DNA of 64,000 nucleotides, taken from positions 2,577 through 66,576 of the forward strand of contig JAJBTX010000068.1 in NCBI GenBank assembly GCA_020860645.1, read 5' to 3'. Each line of letters starts with the position of its first letter. Position 1 is the stretch's first letter. The notes beneath the pieces were generated by a model. That model did no database searches, had not been told where the DNA came from, and saw only the letters and a list, made by a program, of their open reading frames with translations. The stretch is from Lachnospiraceae bacterium (GTDB lineage: Bacteria > Bacillota > Clostridia > Lachnospirales > Lachnospiraceae). Positions 46,676-55,799 of this stretch are shown here, one piece after another. The position numbers and the translations under genes were made by a program.

Positions 46676-46759
46676 CATCGTGTCATAAAGTTGAAGAAAA
46701 CTGCGAGTAGTATGTCCCCAGCGGACAGGATGAACTTTGTGACACCGTGACACAAAGTT
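46471..46759 (+). repeat. five 27-bp imperfect palindromes AACTTTGTGACAYCGTGWCAYAAAGTT (candidate parS/iteron array)
   Basis: Copies start at 46471, 46535, 46602, 46666 and 46733. Spacing alternates 64/67 bp, giving a 131-bp higher-order unit. The array spans the rep stop codon. Confidence 0.8.
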
Positions 46760-46846
46760 ACAGAACTGAATAGGGTAATAAGTGGACGCAGGCAGAGAAA
46801 ATTATCTTTGGCTGCTTTTTTGCGTAAAAAGAGAGGATTGAGAGAA

Positions 46847-47101
46847 ATGTTGATAAAAGTGATGATCCTGCTGTTTCTTATGGTTGGCCTGTATAGCCTT
46901 CTGGTCACCGGAAAGCATGCGGATGCCCGCATGGAGCAGCTGCGGCGGGATGGGAAGCTGAATATGAAGCACGGGAAAGATGATGAAAACGCGGAAGGAG
47001 AAGGCGATCCGGATACATCCGAAGGGGATGAGCAGGATGCTGATGACGAAAAACCAGACAGAGAAACTGCTGCACATTTATGGGAGGATGACGGACGATG
47101 A
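46847..47101 (+). CDS. small membrane-anchored acidic protein, unknown
   Basis: ATG at 46847 follows AGAGAGGA. One TM (VMILLFLMVGLYSLLV) then an Asp/Glu-rich tail. Confidence 0.5.
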   Translation: MLIKVMILLFLMVGLYSLLVTGKHADARMEQLRRDGKLNMKHGKDDENAEGEGDPDTSEGDEQDADDEKPDRETAAHLWEDDGR

Positions 47102-47313
47102 AAAACAGGGACCAGATCGGTTACGCGGAGCGGCAGATGATTGAAGTGATGATGAAACTGCAGATGCCGGTTCCTTACATAGCCAGAATCCTGTATATTG
47201 ACGAGACACAGCTTTGCACAGAGTTGAGGCGGATGCCGGAAGGCAGGAAATACACCGCTGACGCCGCGCAGGAGCGGCAGAGAGATCACGCCGCGGGCAG
47301 TGACTCCAACTGA
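47098..47313 (+). CDS. small putative helix-turn-helix protein
   Basis: 71-aa ORF with an ATGA overlap to the upstream gene. The segment MPVPYIARILYIDETQL resembles an HTH. Weak call. Confidence 0.45.
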   Translation: MKNRDQIGYAERQMIEVMMKLQMPVPYIARILYIDETQLCTELRRMPEGRKYTADAAQERQRDHAAGSDSN

Positions 47314-47465
47314 AGATATCGGATGAACCTTGCGTGACAGAACTGATACTTTCTGGAAACCTGATGAAGCTGTATTCTTTTGTAAATCCCATGGGTATTC
47401 CGCCCTTCATTTCCGTTGCTTGAAAAGCCGCCTGCCTGTGCAATAATGCGTTCAGGAGGTGGGCG

Positions 47466-48119
47466 ATGAAAAATTTCATAAGAGTTTCCTGTAAAAATGG
47501 GGAAACCAGGTGCTTAAGCTTCACCTGTGAGAGCACGAGTTTTGCCTATTTACAGGGGAAGGAGCTGAACTACGGGAACGCCATGTTTGCAGCCCTGACG
47601 GTATCTGCGAGTGTCCCGTTAAAGGAGTTCCGCGATATGGGCTTTACCAAATCTGACATCGAGGACTGGAACCAGTATATGCTTCTTGCCAGGGAGCATG
47701 AGGATCTGCAGGCAGGCATCAATCCGGGCGGGGATTACGCGGTCTTTCCGCTGCTTCGTCTTTTCTGCCACAGCTACATGCTGAGCGCGTTGGATGAGGA
47801 AGCCTTTGAGGGGCTGGAAGACGAGGAGGTGAAAGCGTTTGTGCTGGCGGTCTACGGACAGAAGAGAACGCCTGGCTGTGCGGTCCTGGTAAAAAATATT
47901 ACCTATTCCCCGTTTGTCGCGAAAAATGAGGCGGAGGAGCTGGTCGCGGAGAATTTAGCGGATTTTCTGATGTTCGCCCTGCAGCATCTCGGCTCGGTTG
48001 TCGGTGTCGTTACGCCGAAACAGGACGTTCTTTTAAAAGCGAGGCTGAAGGAAAATCAGTACCTTCCGCTGAAAGCTGCGGAATGGATCTACGCGAAGGA
48101 ACTGTTTGTGGATGCGTAG
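47466..48119 (+). CDS. hypothetical protein
   Basis: 217-aa ORF after a GGAGGTGGG RBS; no family recognised. Confidence 0.55.
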   Translation: MKNFIRVSCKNGETRCLSFTCESTSFAYLQGKELNYGNAMFAALTVSASVPLKEFRDMGFTKSDIEDWNQYMLLAREHEDLQAGINPGGDYAVFPLLRLFCHSYMLSALDEEAFEGLEDEEVKAFVLAVYGQKRTPGCAVLVKNITYSPFVAKNEAEELVAENLADFLMFALQHLGSVVGVVTPKQDVLLKARLKENQYLPLKAAEWIYAKELFVDA

Positions 48120-48603
48120 TCGTGTCACATGGCTTTGCATTGCGGAGCTGGCGCTCGTATTTTTGCTCACCAGATTCTGCGTGCTTCCCGGCGTCTATAT
48201 TCCGACGGCATCCATGGAACCGACCATCGCGGCGGGAAGTATGGTGATGGTATCCAGGGGGATTTTTATGGAGCCTCTGGAGCGTGGCAGTATTGTGGTA
48301 TTCCGAAGGGATGGAACACGGTACTGTAAGCGGATTATAGGTCTGCCGGGAGAGACGGTTGAGGTCCGCGGAGGCGTCACGTTCATAGACGGGGAGGTGC
48401 TTGCCGAGCCTTACGCCGAGCCGGATCTCTCGGATTATGGACCCTATAAGGTTCCGGATGGGAATTACTTTCTGATGGGTGATAATCGGGATGAGTCCTG
48501 GGATTCGCGGGAATGGGAGGCGCCGACGGCGAGCAGGGAGGAACTGACAGGGAAGGTATTTGTTGTGTGGTATCAGGATGGTTTCTGTTGGAAATGGATT
48601 TAA
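48112..48603 (+). CDS. signal peptidase I (S26 family)
   Basis: TM anchor, catalytic Ser box TASMEPT, Lys box KRIIGLPGE, and GDNRDESWDSR box. Confidence 0.88.
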   Translation: MRSRVTWLCIAELALVFLLTRFCVLPGVYIPTASMEPTIAAGSMVMVSRGIFMEPLERGSIVVFRRDGTRYCKRIIGLPGETVEVRGGVTFIDGEVLAEPYAEPDLSDYGPYKVPDGNYFLMGDNRDESWDSREWEAPTASREELTGKVFVVWYQDGFCWKWI

Positions 48604-48617
48604 GGAGGATTTTTAAG

Positions 48618-49010
48618 ATGGAAGCAGTAAAAACCGGAAACTTGAGGGAAAAGACAGGAATGGCATGGAAGATCATGCTTACCCAGGTGCAGGCGTTGCT
48701 TTTGAGTATCAGCACTGCCTATGCGCTGACATCGGGAACTTCGACGACAACGACGACCTCTTCGTCGGCGACGGATATTTTTGACAAAATGAACACGATG
48801 CTCACGTCCGTGATCAGCAAGATCCAGACGTTGGGGGTCACGGTGTCAATCGTGGTGGGCGTGATCTCCGCAATCCTTTATATCTGTTCGTCGAACGAGC
48901 GAACCTGCCAAAGCGCGAAGAGCTGGTTTATCCGCGCGGTGGTTGGGCTGTTCATGATTTACATTGTGACGAACAATTATGTGGTGAACACCATCGCCGG
49001 TTTCTTTTAA
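48618..49010 (+). CDS. VirB2/TrbC-like pilin candidate
   Basis: ATG at 48618 follows AAGGAGGA. Long leader with a hydrophobic segment ending AYALTSG, a Thr/Ser-rich stretch and two C-terminal TM helices. Lies immediately before the VirB6-like gene. Confidence 0.5.
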   Translation: MEAVKTGNLREKTGMAWKIMLTQVQALLLSISTAYALTSGTSTTTTTSSSATDIFDKMNTMLTSVISKIQTLGVTVSIVVGVISAILYICSSNERTCQSAKSWFIRAVVGLFMIYIVTNNYVVNTIAGFF

Positions 49011-49031
49011 AGTCAGGCTGGAAGGAGCTCT

Positions 49032-51254
49032 ATGAAAGAATTACTCATCGGTATCGTAAATATTCTTTCGGAAGGGATTGTGGCGATTATCCGAAGCTTT
49101 ATCTCGGCAGTCCTCACAGTTATCACCACCGCAATCCTCTCACCCTTTACCTTTGCGACGACCGCCCAGGTGGAGTCTCATTTCGGAGGAATCTACATGT
49201 TTCATGAGGCGTTGATCTCCATTGGCTTCGGGATCGCGATCCTGCTTGTGCTCTGGAATATCCTGCGTTACATGTGGATGCCGGACAGCCAGACCGAGTC
49301 GGCGGGGATGATACTGGTGCGGTTCTTCATGGCGCTGTTCCTGACCTATTATAGCTCCAGCGTGATCGACTATGTTCTCCTGTATGGCAATAAATTTTAT
49401 CAGGTGATCCTGGGAGCTGAGATCGATCAGAACTCTTTTTCGGAACAGATTGAAAACCTGTTTTCGCTGGATGTATCGCGTGTCCTCAATATTGCGGAAA
49501 ATACCTGGATTTCCGTGAGCGTCGTCGGCCTTGTGATCCTGATTGTGCTGGCGCTGATTCTGGTCTGGAATTTTATCAAGCTCTGGTTTCAGCTGTTTGA
49601 GCGTTTCGCTAATTTTGTTGTGGAGCTGTACCTTTGTCCGCTGGCCTTCTGTGCACTGGCGTCCAACACGGCCTGCCCGGTGTTCTTCTGCTGGTTAAGG
49701 TGCATCATTTCTCAGTTTGCGCTGCTGATCATGAACGTATGGTTCGTAAAGGTGTTCCTGTACAGTTTCACGATCGGCACGGGGATGTCCCTGGTGGGAA
49801 CCACGGATAATCTGCTGATCTACTGTATGTTCCAGATCGCTTTCCTGAAGGTGGCGCAGAACGCGGAGCAGATTCTCAATAACTGGGGGCTGATGGCGCT
49901 GTCATCCGGCAGGATTACGGGCGATCTAGGCGAGATGATGAGCGCCTACCGCTCGGCGACGCAGCTGATCACAGGCAGGATTGCAGGTTTTGGAGGTTCC
50001 GGCGGCGCGGCAGCGGGCGGTTTTTCCGGCGTTGGAGGGCTTAAAGGTTTTATGTCTTCCCATGGGCTTCCGAAGGGCTTTACCGGAAAAGGCGTTCCAG
50101 GAAGAGCCGTGCGCGCCGCGGGAGGAATCATCGGAGGCATAAAGGGGGTAGTAACACGGAACGGCTTTGCCAATGGCTGGAGAAGCGGCAGTGAGAAGGT
50201 GAACAGCGGGATTCAGAAGGCAAACCAGAAAATTGCGGATATCGCAAGAGAGAATCCCAGGGCGGCGCGGGCAGCAGCGGGAGCCGGGATTGGCGGCGCG
50301 GCTGCCGGTCCGGTGGGAGCCGGAATCGGGGCCGTGGCAGGTGGCATAACGGGGAGAAGAAAGGTAGCGGCCAGTGTTGCGACCGCGTCAGACATCCGGA
50401 ATGCGGAGCAGCGGATGGAGGTCGCCTCCTCCCACTCGGCGCAGGATCAGGCAAAGAGGTATCTGTCCGGTATTGATACGACAGGGAAAATGATCAACCG
50501 GAAAGAGAAGGTGCCGCAGTTTAATAATCTAAGCGAGCCAAAAGCGACGTCCTACGGAGACGATCCGGAGAAGTCTGCGAGGAGCCTGTTTGGAGATAAT
50601 CTGCTTCGGAATGCCCAGATACAGGGACTGGGAAGCTGTGTGGGCGTTTCCTATAACGCAGCGACCGGGCATGGGACCGCTAGCTTTGAAAAGACCGGTT
50701 TCGACGGAAAAGTGCAGCGCACCAACGTGGACGCCTATGCCCTGACGGGGAAACCAAATTATCAGAAAGCGCACAGTATAGCGGAGAGTTCCCACGGCTC
50801 GGAGACCTTTGTGCAGTCCCAAGGGGCAGAAGGAACGGAGTATGTCTGCTATATCGGAAAAACGCCGCAGGCGATCCGGGAACAGGAGGAGGTTTACAAG
50901 AGGGAAAACTCCATCTACGTGCCGGATGAAGAAGTCCGCGATGAGGTATGCGCCGAGATTGCGAAGGGGAACGCCGCCTATGTGGATGATCCGGTGAATG
51001 AAAGGCAGTTCCTCGCGTTTGACGAGGAAGGGGAGTATATCGGGCCAAGCAGGGAACTTCAGAAGTATGGCAGCGCGGCTTACGAGGCGATGGAAGACTG
51101 GATCAGGGAGAAAGGGATTCATACCGCGGACGACAGCCCCCATAATTATGCGGATGCCTACTGGTGGAATAAGACCGGCGGCGATCCGGAGGATTTCCCA
51201 TTTGGTGATAAGCAGGAGCCGGAAGCGCCGGATGGCGGAGAGGAGGATTTGTGA
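49032..51254 (+). CDS. VirB6/TrbL-like polytopic T4SS channel protein with Gly/Ala-rich linker and C-terminal soluble domain
   Basis: About 7 TM segments in the first ~300 aa, then a GGSGGAAAGG..AGIGGAAAGPVGAGIGAVAGG linker and a roughly 290-aa hydrophilic tail. Confidence 0.6.
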   Translation: MKELLIGIVNILSEGIVAIIRSFISAVLTVITTAILSPFTFATTAQVESHFGGIYMFHEALISIGFGIAILLVLWNILRYMWMPDSQTESAGMILVRFFMALFLTYYSSSVIDYVLLYGNKFYQVILGAEIDQNSFSEQIENLFSLDVSRVLNIAENTWISVSVVGLVILIVLALILVWNFIKLWFQLFERFANFVVELYLCPLAFCALASNTACPVFFCWLRCIISQFALLIMNVWFVKVFLYSFTIGTGMSLVGTTDNLLIYCMFQIAFLKVAQNAEQILNNWGLMALSSGRITGDLGEMMSAYRSATQLITGRIAGFGGSGGAAAGGFSGVGGLKGFMSSHGLPKGFTGKGVPGRAVRAAGGIIGGIKGVVTRNGFANGWRSGSEKVNSGIQKANQKIADIARENPRAARAAAGAGIGGAAAGPVGAGIGAVAGGITGRRKVAASVATASDIRNAEQRMEVASSHSAQDQAKRYLSGIDTTGKMINRKEKVPQFNNLSEPKATSYGDDPEKSARSLFGDNLLRNAQIQGLGSCVGVSYNAATGHGTASFEKTGFDGKVQRTNVDAYALTGKPNYQKAHSIAESSHGSETFVQSQGAEGTEYVCYIGKTPQAIREQEEVYKRENSIYVPDEEVRDEVCAEIAKGNAAYVDDPVNERQFLAFDEEGEYIGPSRELQKYGSAAYEAMEDWIREKGIHTADDSPHNYADAYWWNKTGGDPEDFPFGDKQEPEAPDGGEEDL

Positions 51255-51697
51255 TGCCGAAAATTATCAGAAGCCGGATTATACGATCCTCCCTGGCGGG
51301 AGCAGCGCTGTTGCTCGTCTGTCTGCAGCAGCTTCTTCGCAGCGCGTATGATAATGCTGCTTTCTGCGCGGCGCTGCTTCTGGCAGTCCTTTTCAATGCC
51401 GGAACTTATTATATCAGCTGGAAGAAAGGCGGTCTGTGTGTTGTCAGCGGGGCCTGCATTGGGGCGGAGGAGCGAAAGGGAAGGCTTCTGGGCAGGGCAG
51501 AGCCGGTGGAATATAAAATTCTCCTGAAGTTTCCGGAAGAGGAAGAACAGCTTATCTTTCTGAAGGAATCGAAAAGGCTCCGACTTCGGACAGGGGAGGT
51601 ATATGAGTTCGTGTTCCGGAAGAAGGAGGAGCTGACAGAGCAGACTCTGCTCACGTTTGAGCGTCTCCCGGTAAAGATACCGGAACAGTCGGAGTAA
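51251..51697 (+). CDS. small membrane protein, unknown
   Basis: 148-aa ORF with two TM segments, overlapped by 4 nt with the upstream gene. Confidence 0.5.
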   Translation: MMPKIIRSRIIRSSLAGAALLLVCLQQLLRSAYDNAAFCAALLLAVLFNAGTYYISWKKGGLCVVSGACIGAEERKGRLLGRAEPVEYKILLKFPEEEEQLIFLKESKRLRLRTGEVYEFVFRKKEELTEQTLLTFERLPVKIPEQSE

Positions 51698-51701
51698 TCG
51701 G

Positions 51702-53249
51702 ATGGACAGGGACGAGAGACAGGAGAACCGGGCAAAGAAGAAGGGCAAATCGGCGGCCTCCGACGCCGCGGCGCTCGCAAAGGCCGGGGTCAAAGCCGCT
51801 GCCGGGGACGAAGTCGGCGCGGTGATCGAGATTGTAAAAAATCCCGGGATTTTACTGCGTATCCTGAAAATTATCGCTTTTCTCCTTCTGATGGTATTTC
51901 TCTCCATCAGTCTCCTTATCTGTGGGATTGTCGGGACATTCGCCTCGATTGGTTCAGCCTTTACCAGTCTTATCGAGGCAGATGAATGGACTCTTGACGC
52001 GGAGTACGAAGAATACAGTACGAAGATCGAGAAGATGCTCAAGAAAGCTTATCGGAGGTGCAGGACATCCGCTGCGCTTACTTACGCGTTTGAACTGGGG
52101 GCTGTGAAAAGCGCGTGGGAAGAAATAGATTCCGACGCGGATGAGGTAGAGATTTCCATTTCTTTTTCTTATGAGGGTCTTTTTGGGGATGATGTGGCGG
52201 ATGACGCCGACGACGATACCGCAGCGATTGATGGGAGTATTATCCGTCTTATGTGCATTTATAACCTGTATAATGCAGCTATTTCCGAGGAGGAGAGTAC
52301 TGCGCATGAATTTGATTACTACGTGAATATCACGGAGGATGACAACTGGGACGAGTATCTGGGAGATGTCTCTTCAGACTATGAAGAGGAGAAATTCATG
52401 CCAACCCTGAAAGGGCTTCAGAGCCAGATCCGGAAGAACAGCAGTAATATGTTCACGGCTGTACCGGCGGGAGTCACAGAGCTTTCTCCGGAATCCTTTT
52501 CCTTTGACGGGGATACGGCGGTGAACGCGACGGCATATTATGCAGTTACGGTTGAAGACCTGGGGATTTCTTATGAGGGCGAAGGGGAGGACGAAAAGAG
52601 CATTCAGAAATACTCGATGTCCGTGCTGACCTATATTGAATACACGGCGGAGGAGTATCTGAAAGACAATGTGTTCTGTCTCTCGGACGATGATTACAGC
52701 TATGCGTTAGGACAGGCTGAATGCTATGCGCTCATACTTGGCAAGGCTGTCGGCAGTTCCGTGGAGACCGTGGAAATTCGGGAGATTTTGAATGAGCTTC
52801 GTGCGCAGGGGATCAGTGAAGATCGGATTGCGCTTGTAGAGTCCGCACTGGAGGGCGTCGGGCGCTTCCAGTACAGCCAGGCGAGGCGCTCGCTTACAGG
52901 GAGCGATCCTTCGGATTTTCAGGTAGGACTCTATCTGGACTGCAGCAGCTTTGTACAGTGGGCATACTGGAACGCGGGTCTGGAAAACGACTGCTATACG
53001 ACAGCGTACTATGCCGGCTCCTCCATGTTTTATGCGATTGACCCGTCAGAAAAGTTGCCGGGCGACGTGTTCTGGCACCAGAACAGCCAGGGAACCAGGC
53101 ATGTAGTGATTTACGCGGGGAATATCGGAGGGCAGGATCTCTATATCGAGTGTACCTCGCCGGGTTCCGTGATGACCTACGGCGACTGCTATTACGGCAA
53201 TATCAGCAGCTATCAATATTGCTACCGCTATACAGGTTTTTCACAGTGA
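51702..53249 (+). CDS. T4SS-associated NlpC/P60 (C40) peptidoglycan hydrolase
   Basis: N-terminal TM and C-terminal papain-like motif YLDCSSFVQWAYWNAG ... RHVVIYAG. Confidence 0.8.
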   Translation: MDRDERQENRAKKKGKSAASDAAALAKAGVKAAAGDEVGAVIEIVKNPGILLRILKIIAFLLLMVFLSISLLICGIVGTFASIGSAFTSLIEADEWTLDAEYEEYSTKIEKMLKKAYRRCRTSAALTYAFELGAVKSAWEEIDSDADEVEISISFSYEGLFGDDVADDADDDTAAIDGSIIRLMCIYNLYNAAISEEESTAHEFDYYVNITEDDNWDEYLGDVSSDYEEEKFMPTLKGLQSQIRKNSSNMFTAVPAGVTELSPESFSFDGDTAVNATAYYAVTVEDLGISYEGEGEDEKSIQKYSMSVLTYIEYTAEEYLKDNVFCLSDDDYSYALGQAECYALILGKAVGSSVETVEIREILNELRAQGISEDRIALVESALEGVGRFQYSQARRSLTGSDPSDFQVGLYLDCSSFVQWAYWNAGLENDCYTTAYYAGSSMFYAIDPSEKLPGDVFWHQNSQGTRHVVIYAGNIGGQDLYIECTSPGSVMTYGDCYYGNISSYQYCYRYTGFSQ

Positions 53250-53253
53250 GGAG

Positions 53254-55785
53254 ATGCGGATGCTCTTAAAAGTGTGGGAGTACATCAAAAAGGAAAAGGA
53301 ATCCGGACGGGCAGGGAGGCTCCTGTGGATGCTGGGAGGGGCAGTTCTTGCCCTGTTCTACCTGATCGGGCTGATCCTTCAGCTGATGGATCGGATGTTT
53401 CTCTTCGACCAGAAGCTCAGTTATTCACCCTTCGTCTGCCTGCGCTATGGGCTATTCAGTGCGGCGGGCTGGAAGCTGTTTGGCCTGTGCGTGGCGGGCA
53501 TAGCACTTGTTCTGATTTTCACCATGCCGAAGGATTCACTCCGAAACCAGATTGCAGAGACGGATGAGCGGGGCGTGATCCGGAAGGAGCGCGCGACCTA
53601 TGGTTCTGCCCGAAGGGTTCAGAAGCGCGAAGCGGGACAGTATTTTGAAATCGGCCCTGTAGAGAAGGTGAAGGGTATGATTCTTGGCCAGTTTGACACG
53701 GCGGGGCGGGAGGTGTGTGCGATGAGGGCGGGCGAGACAGATAACCGGAACGTGCTGGTGCTCGGCTGCCCGGGTACGGGAAAATCCTATGCAATCATAC
53801 GAAGCGCGGTATTGCAGTGCATGGAGCGCGGAGAATCCATCGTAGTTGTCGATCCAAAAGGGGAGCTGTTCCGGGATATGTATCTTACCGTGAAAAGCGG
53901 CGGCTATACTGCGCAGCTCTACAATCTGGTTGAGACGGATTACAGCGACGCCTGGGACTGCCTGGGGGAATGCTTTGACGAGTATGGGGATCTCGACTCC
54001 ACCCGCGCGGAGGAATTTGTGGATATCATGATGCGGAATACGCGGAGCAGTGAGAAGCTGGATTCCTTCTGGGAGGATGGAGAGCGCAACCTGTTTTCGA
54101 TGCACGTCAATTATGTGGTGCAGACTTACATGGCCTATGTGAATGGGGAGTATCGGGATACGATCAGCCAGCTCATTGAAGCACAGAAGGAGATCTGTGC
54201 GGAAGCATTGCCATGCACCAGGAGTATTTATGATAACTGGGTGTATGTAAGGCTCCTGAACTGTGCAATGGCCGGGATGTGGAAGAAACGGATTCCGGTT
54301 GCCGCGATCAGCCGGACGATGGAGCGGATACAGGCATGTATCGGGAAGGAAGACATTATCGTTCCGGAAAGGAGGAGAAAGAGCAGGGAGCGGCTGGAGG
54401 AGTTCCTGCGCCGCGGGGAGCCTGGAAGCTATGATGCGGACGCGGCGGCCATTTTCATGGAGTATATGTGTGATTCCCCGGAGGAGGTCTGGGTATTCGA
54501 CCGCGATCATCTTCTTGGCTGGTGCAGGAGCGGCCTTAAGGGGATGCACCGGACAGAGAAAAGGAGCGTTCTGTCTGAACTTCTCTGTCTGGCAGGGGCA
54601 GGGAAACAGGAAATACTGGATGTGATCGAGACCATCGAGAACGGGGAGGCCACGCCAAAGTGCAACATGTCGGAGGTCTATTACCGGATTGTCGAATCGA
54701 CGCCGACATCTCTGAAAACGGATTTCCGCATGATTGAACCTAGCTCACTTGCGGGGATTGCCTACCGGAATTACTGTGATTCGGCGGAACAGGCACAGAT
54801 CGGCTATAAACAGGGGCTTACGACCAGGCTTTCCATGTTTAAGGACACGAAGATCCGCCGGATCACAAGCAACCGGGATATTGATTTTGCAGGGATGGGT
54901 GAGAAAAAGACGGCGATCTTCGTGAAAATCTCGGATAAGAGCGCGGCCTACAGCGCACTGACCTCGCTGTTCTTTTCCTTCCTGATCAAAGACCTGTCCG
55001 ATGCCTATGACCATTCGGAGCATCCGGAAAAGAGGCTGCCGGTCACGCTGCTCATGGACGAGCTGGCAAACTGTGGGGTGATCGAGAGCCTGCCCGTCGC
55101 GATTTCTTCCGTGCGCGGACGGAAAATCGCGATGGTGCTGATTCTGCAGAACATCACACAGCTTAACAAGAATTATGGCGACGCGGCCAGTACGATCATT
55201 TCCTGCTGTGACTATACCGTATTCCTCGGCTGCAATGACCTGGAGACGGCGCAGTTTTTCGAGAGCCGTGCGGGCGTCGCCACGGTCCAGGTTTCAACAG
55301 AGCGGGAGCGGATGAAAAAGATCGGTCTTGATGCGGCCTTTAAAGACTATGACGCTTCAGCGGGGGAAGGGCAGCGGAATGTCTATAATCGGGACGAGAT
55401 CCTCACCCTGCCGCCGCGCAGGCTTCTGCTTACCAGGCGCGGCATGTATGTGATGGAGCTCAACACCTTCGGTTACGACCTGCACCCAAAGGTGAACGGA
55501 GGAAAGCTGCCGCAGATGATGACGACAGAATATATGAGGAGTAAGGACAAATATCCGCTCTATGACTTCTGCGTGGACAGCTTCTTCTGTAATGACAGCA
55601 GGGTAGCTGTAGCAAGGACGCAGGACGGCCGACAGATGGGGCTTGCCAATGTGAATATCAGCCGCCTGATTGAGCGGCTTTGCGGCGCGCCGGAGCAAAA
55701 GGCGGAAACGCTTAAGACAGAACAGGATCATAAGGCAGCGGTTCCCGCACCGGGGCGGCGCGCACGGGGCGGGAGGCTGCCATAA
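53254..55785 (+). CDS. type IV coupling protein (VirD4/TraG family)
   Basis: Two N-terminal TM segments, Walker A LGCPGTGKS, Walker B-like TLLMDELANCG. 843 aa. Confidence 0.88.
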   Translation: MRMLLKVWEYIKKEKESGRAGRLLWMLGGAVLALFYLIGLILQLMDRMFLFDQKLSYSPFVCLRYGLFSAAGWKLFGLCVAGIALVLIFTMPKDSLRNQIAETDERGVIRKERATYGSARRVQKREAGQYFEIGPVEKVKGMILGQFDTAGREVCAMRAGETDNRNVLVLGCPGTGKSYAIIRSAVLQCMERGESIVVVDPKGELFRDMYLTVKSGGYTAQLYNLVETDYSDAWDCLGECFDEYGDLDSTRAEEFVDIMMRNTRSSEKLDSFWEDGERNLFSMHVNYVVQTYMAYVNGEYRDTISQLIEAQKEICAEALPCTRSIYDNWVYVRLLNCAMAGMWKKRIPVAAISRTMERIQACIGKEDIIVPERRRKSRERLEEFLRRGEPGSYDADAAAIFMEYMCDSPEEVWVFDRDHLLGWCRSGLKGMHRTEKRSVLSELLCLAGAGKQEILDVIETIENGEATPKCNMSEVYYRIVESTPTSLKTDFRMIEPSSLAGIAYRNYCDSAEQAQIGYKQGLTTRLSMFKDTKIRRITSNRDIDFAGMGEKKTAIFVKISDKSAAYSALTSLFFSFLIKDLSDAYDHSEHPEKRLPVTLLMDELANCGVIESLPVAISSVRGRKIAMVLILQNITQLNKNYGDAASTIISCCDYTVFLGCNDLETAQFFESRAGVATVQVSTERERMKKIGLDAAFKDYDASAGEGQRNVYNRDEILTLPPRRLLLTRRGMYVMELNTFGYDLHPKVNGGKLPQMMTTEYMRSKDKYPLYDFCVDSFFCNDSRVAVARTQDGRQMGLANVNISRLIERLCGAPEQKAETLKTEQDHKAAVPAPGRRARGGRLP

Positions 55786-55799
55786 GAAAGGAGAACAGA

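Noticed and set aside
46471-46759. CRISPR array (about 27-bp repeats with about 38-bp spacers, period about 65 bp).
   Set aside because: There are only five copies, which are degenerate and internally palindromic. The spacers resemble each other (131-bp higher-order repeat). The array lies inside and just after the rep ORF, and no cas genes or leader are present. A centromere/iteron interpretation fits better.
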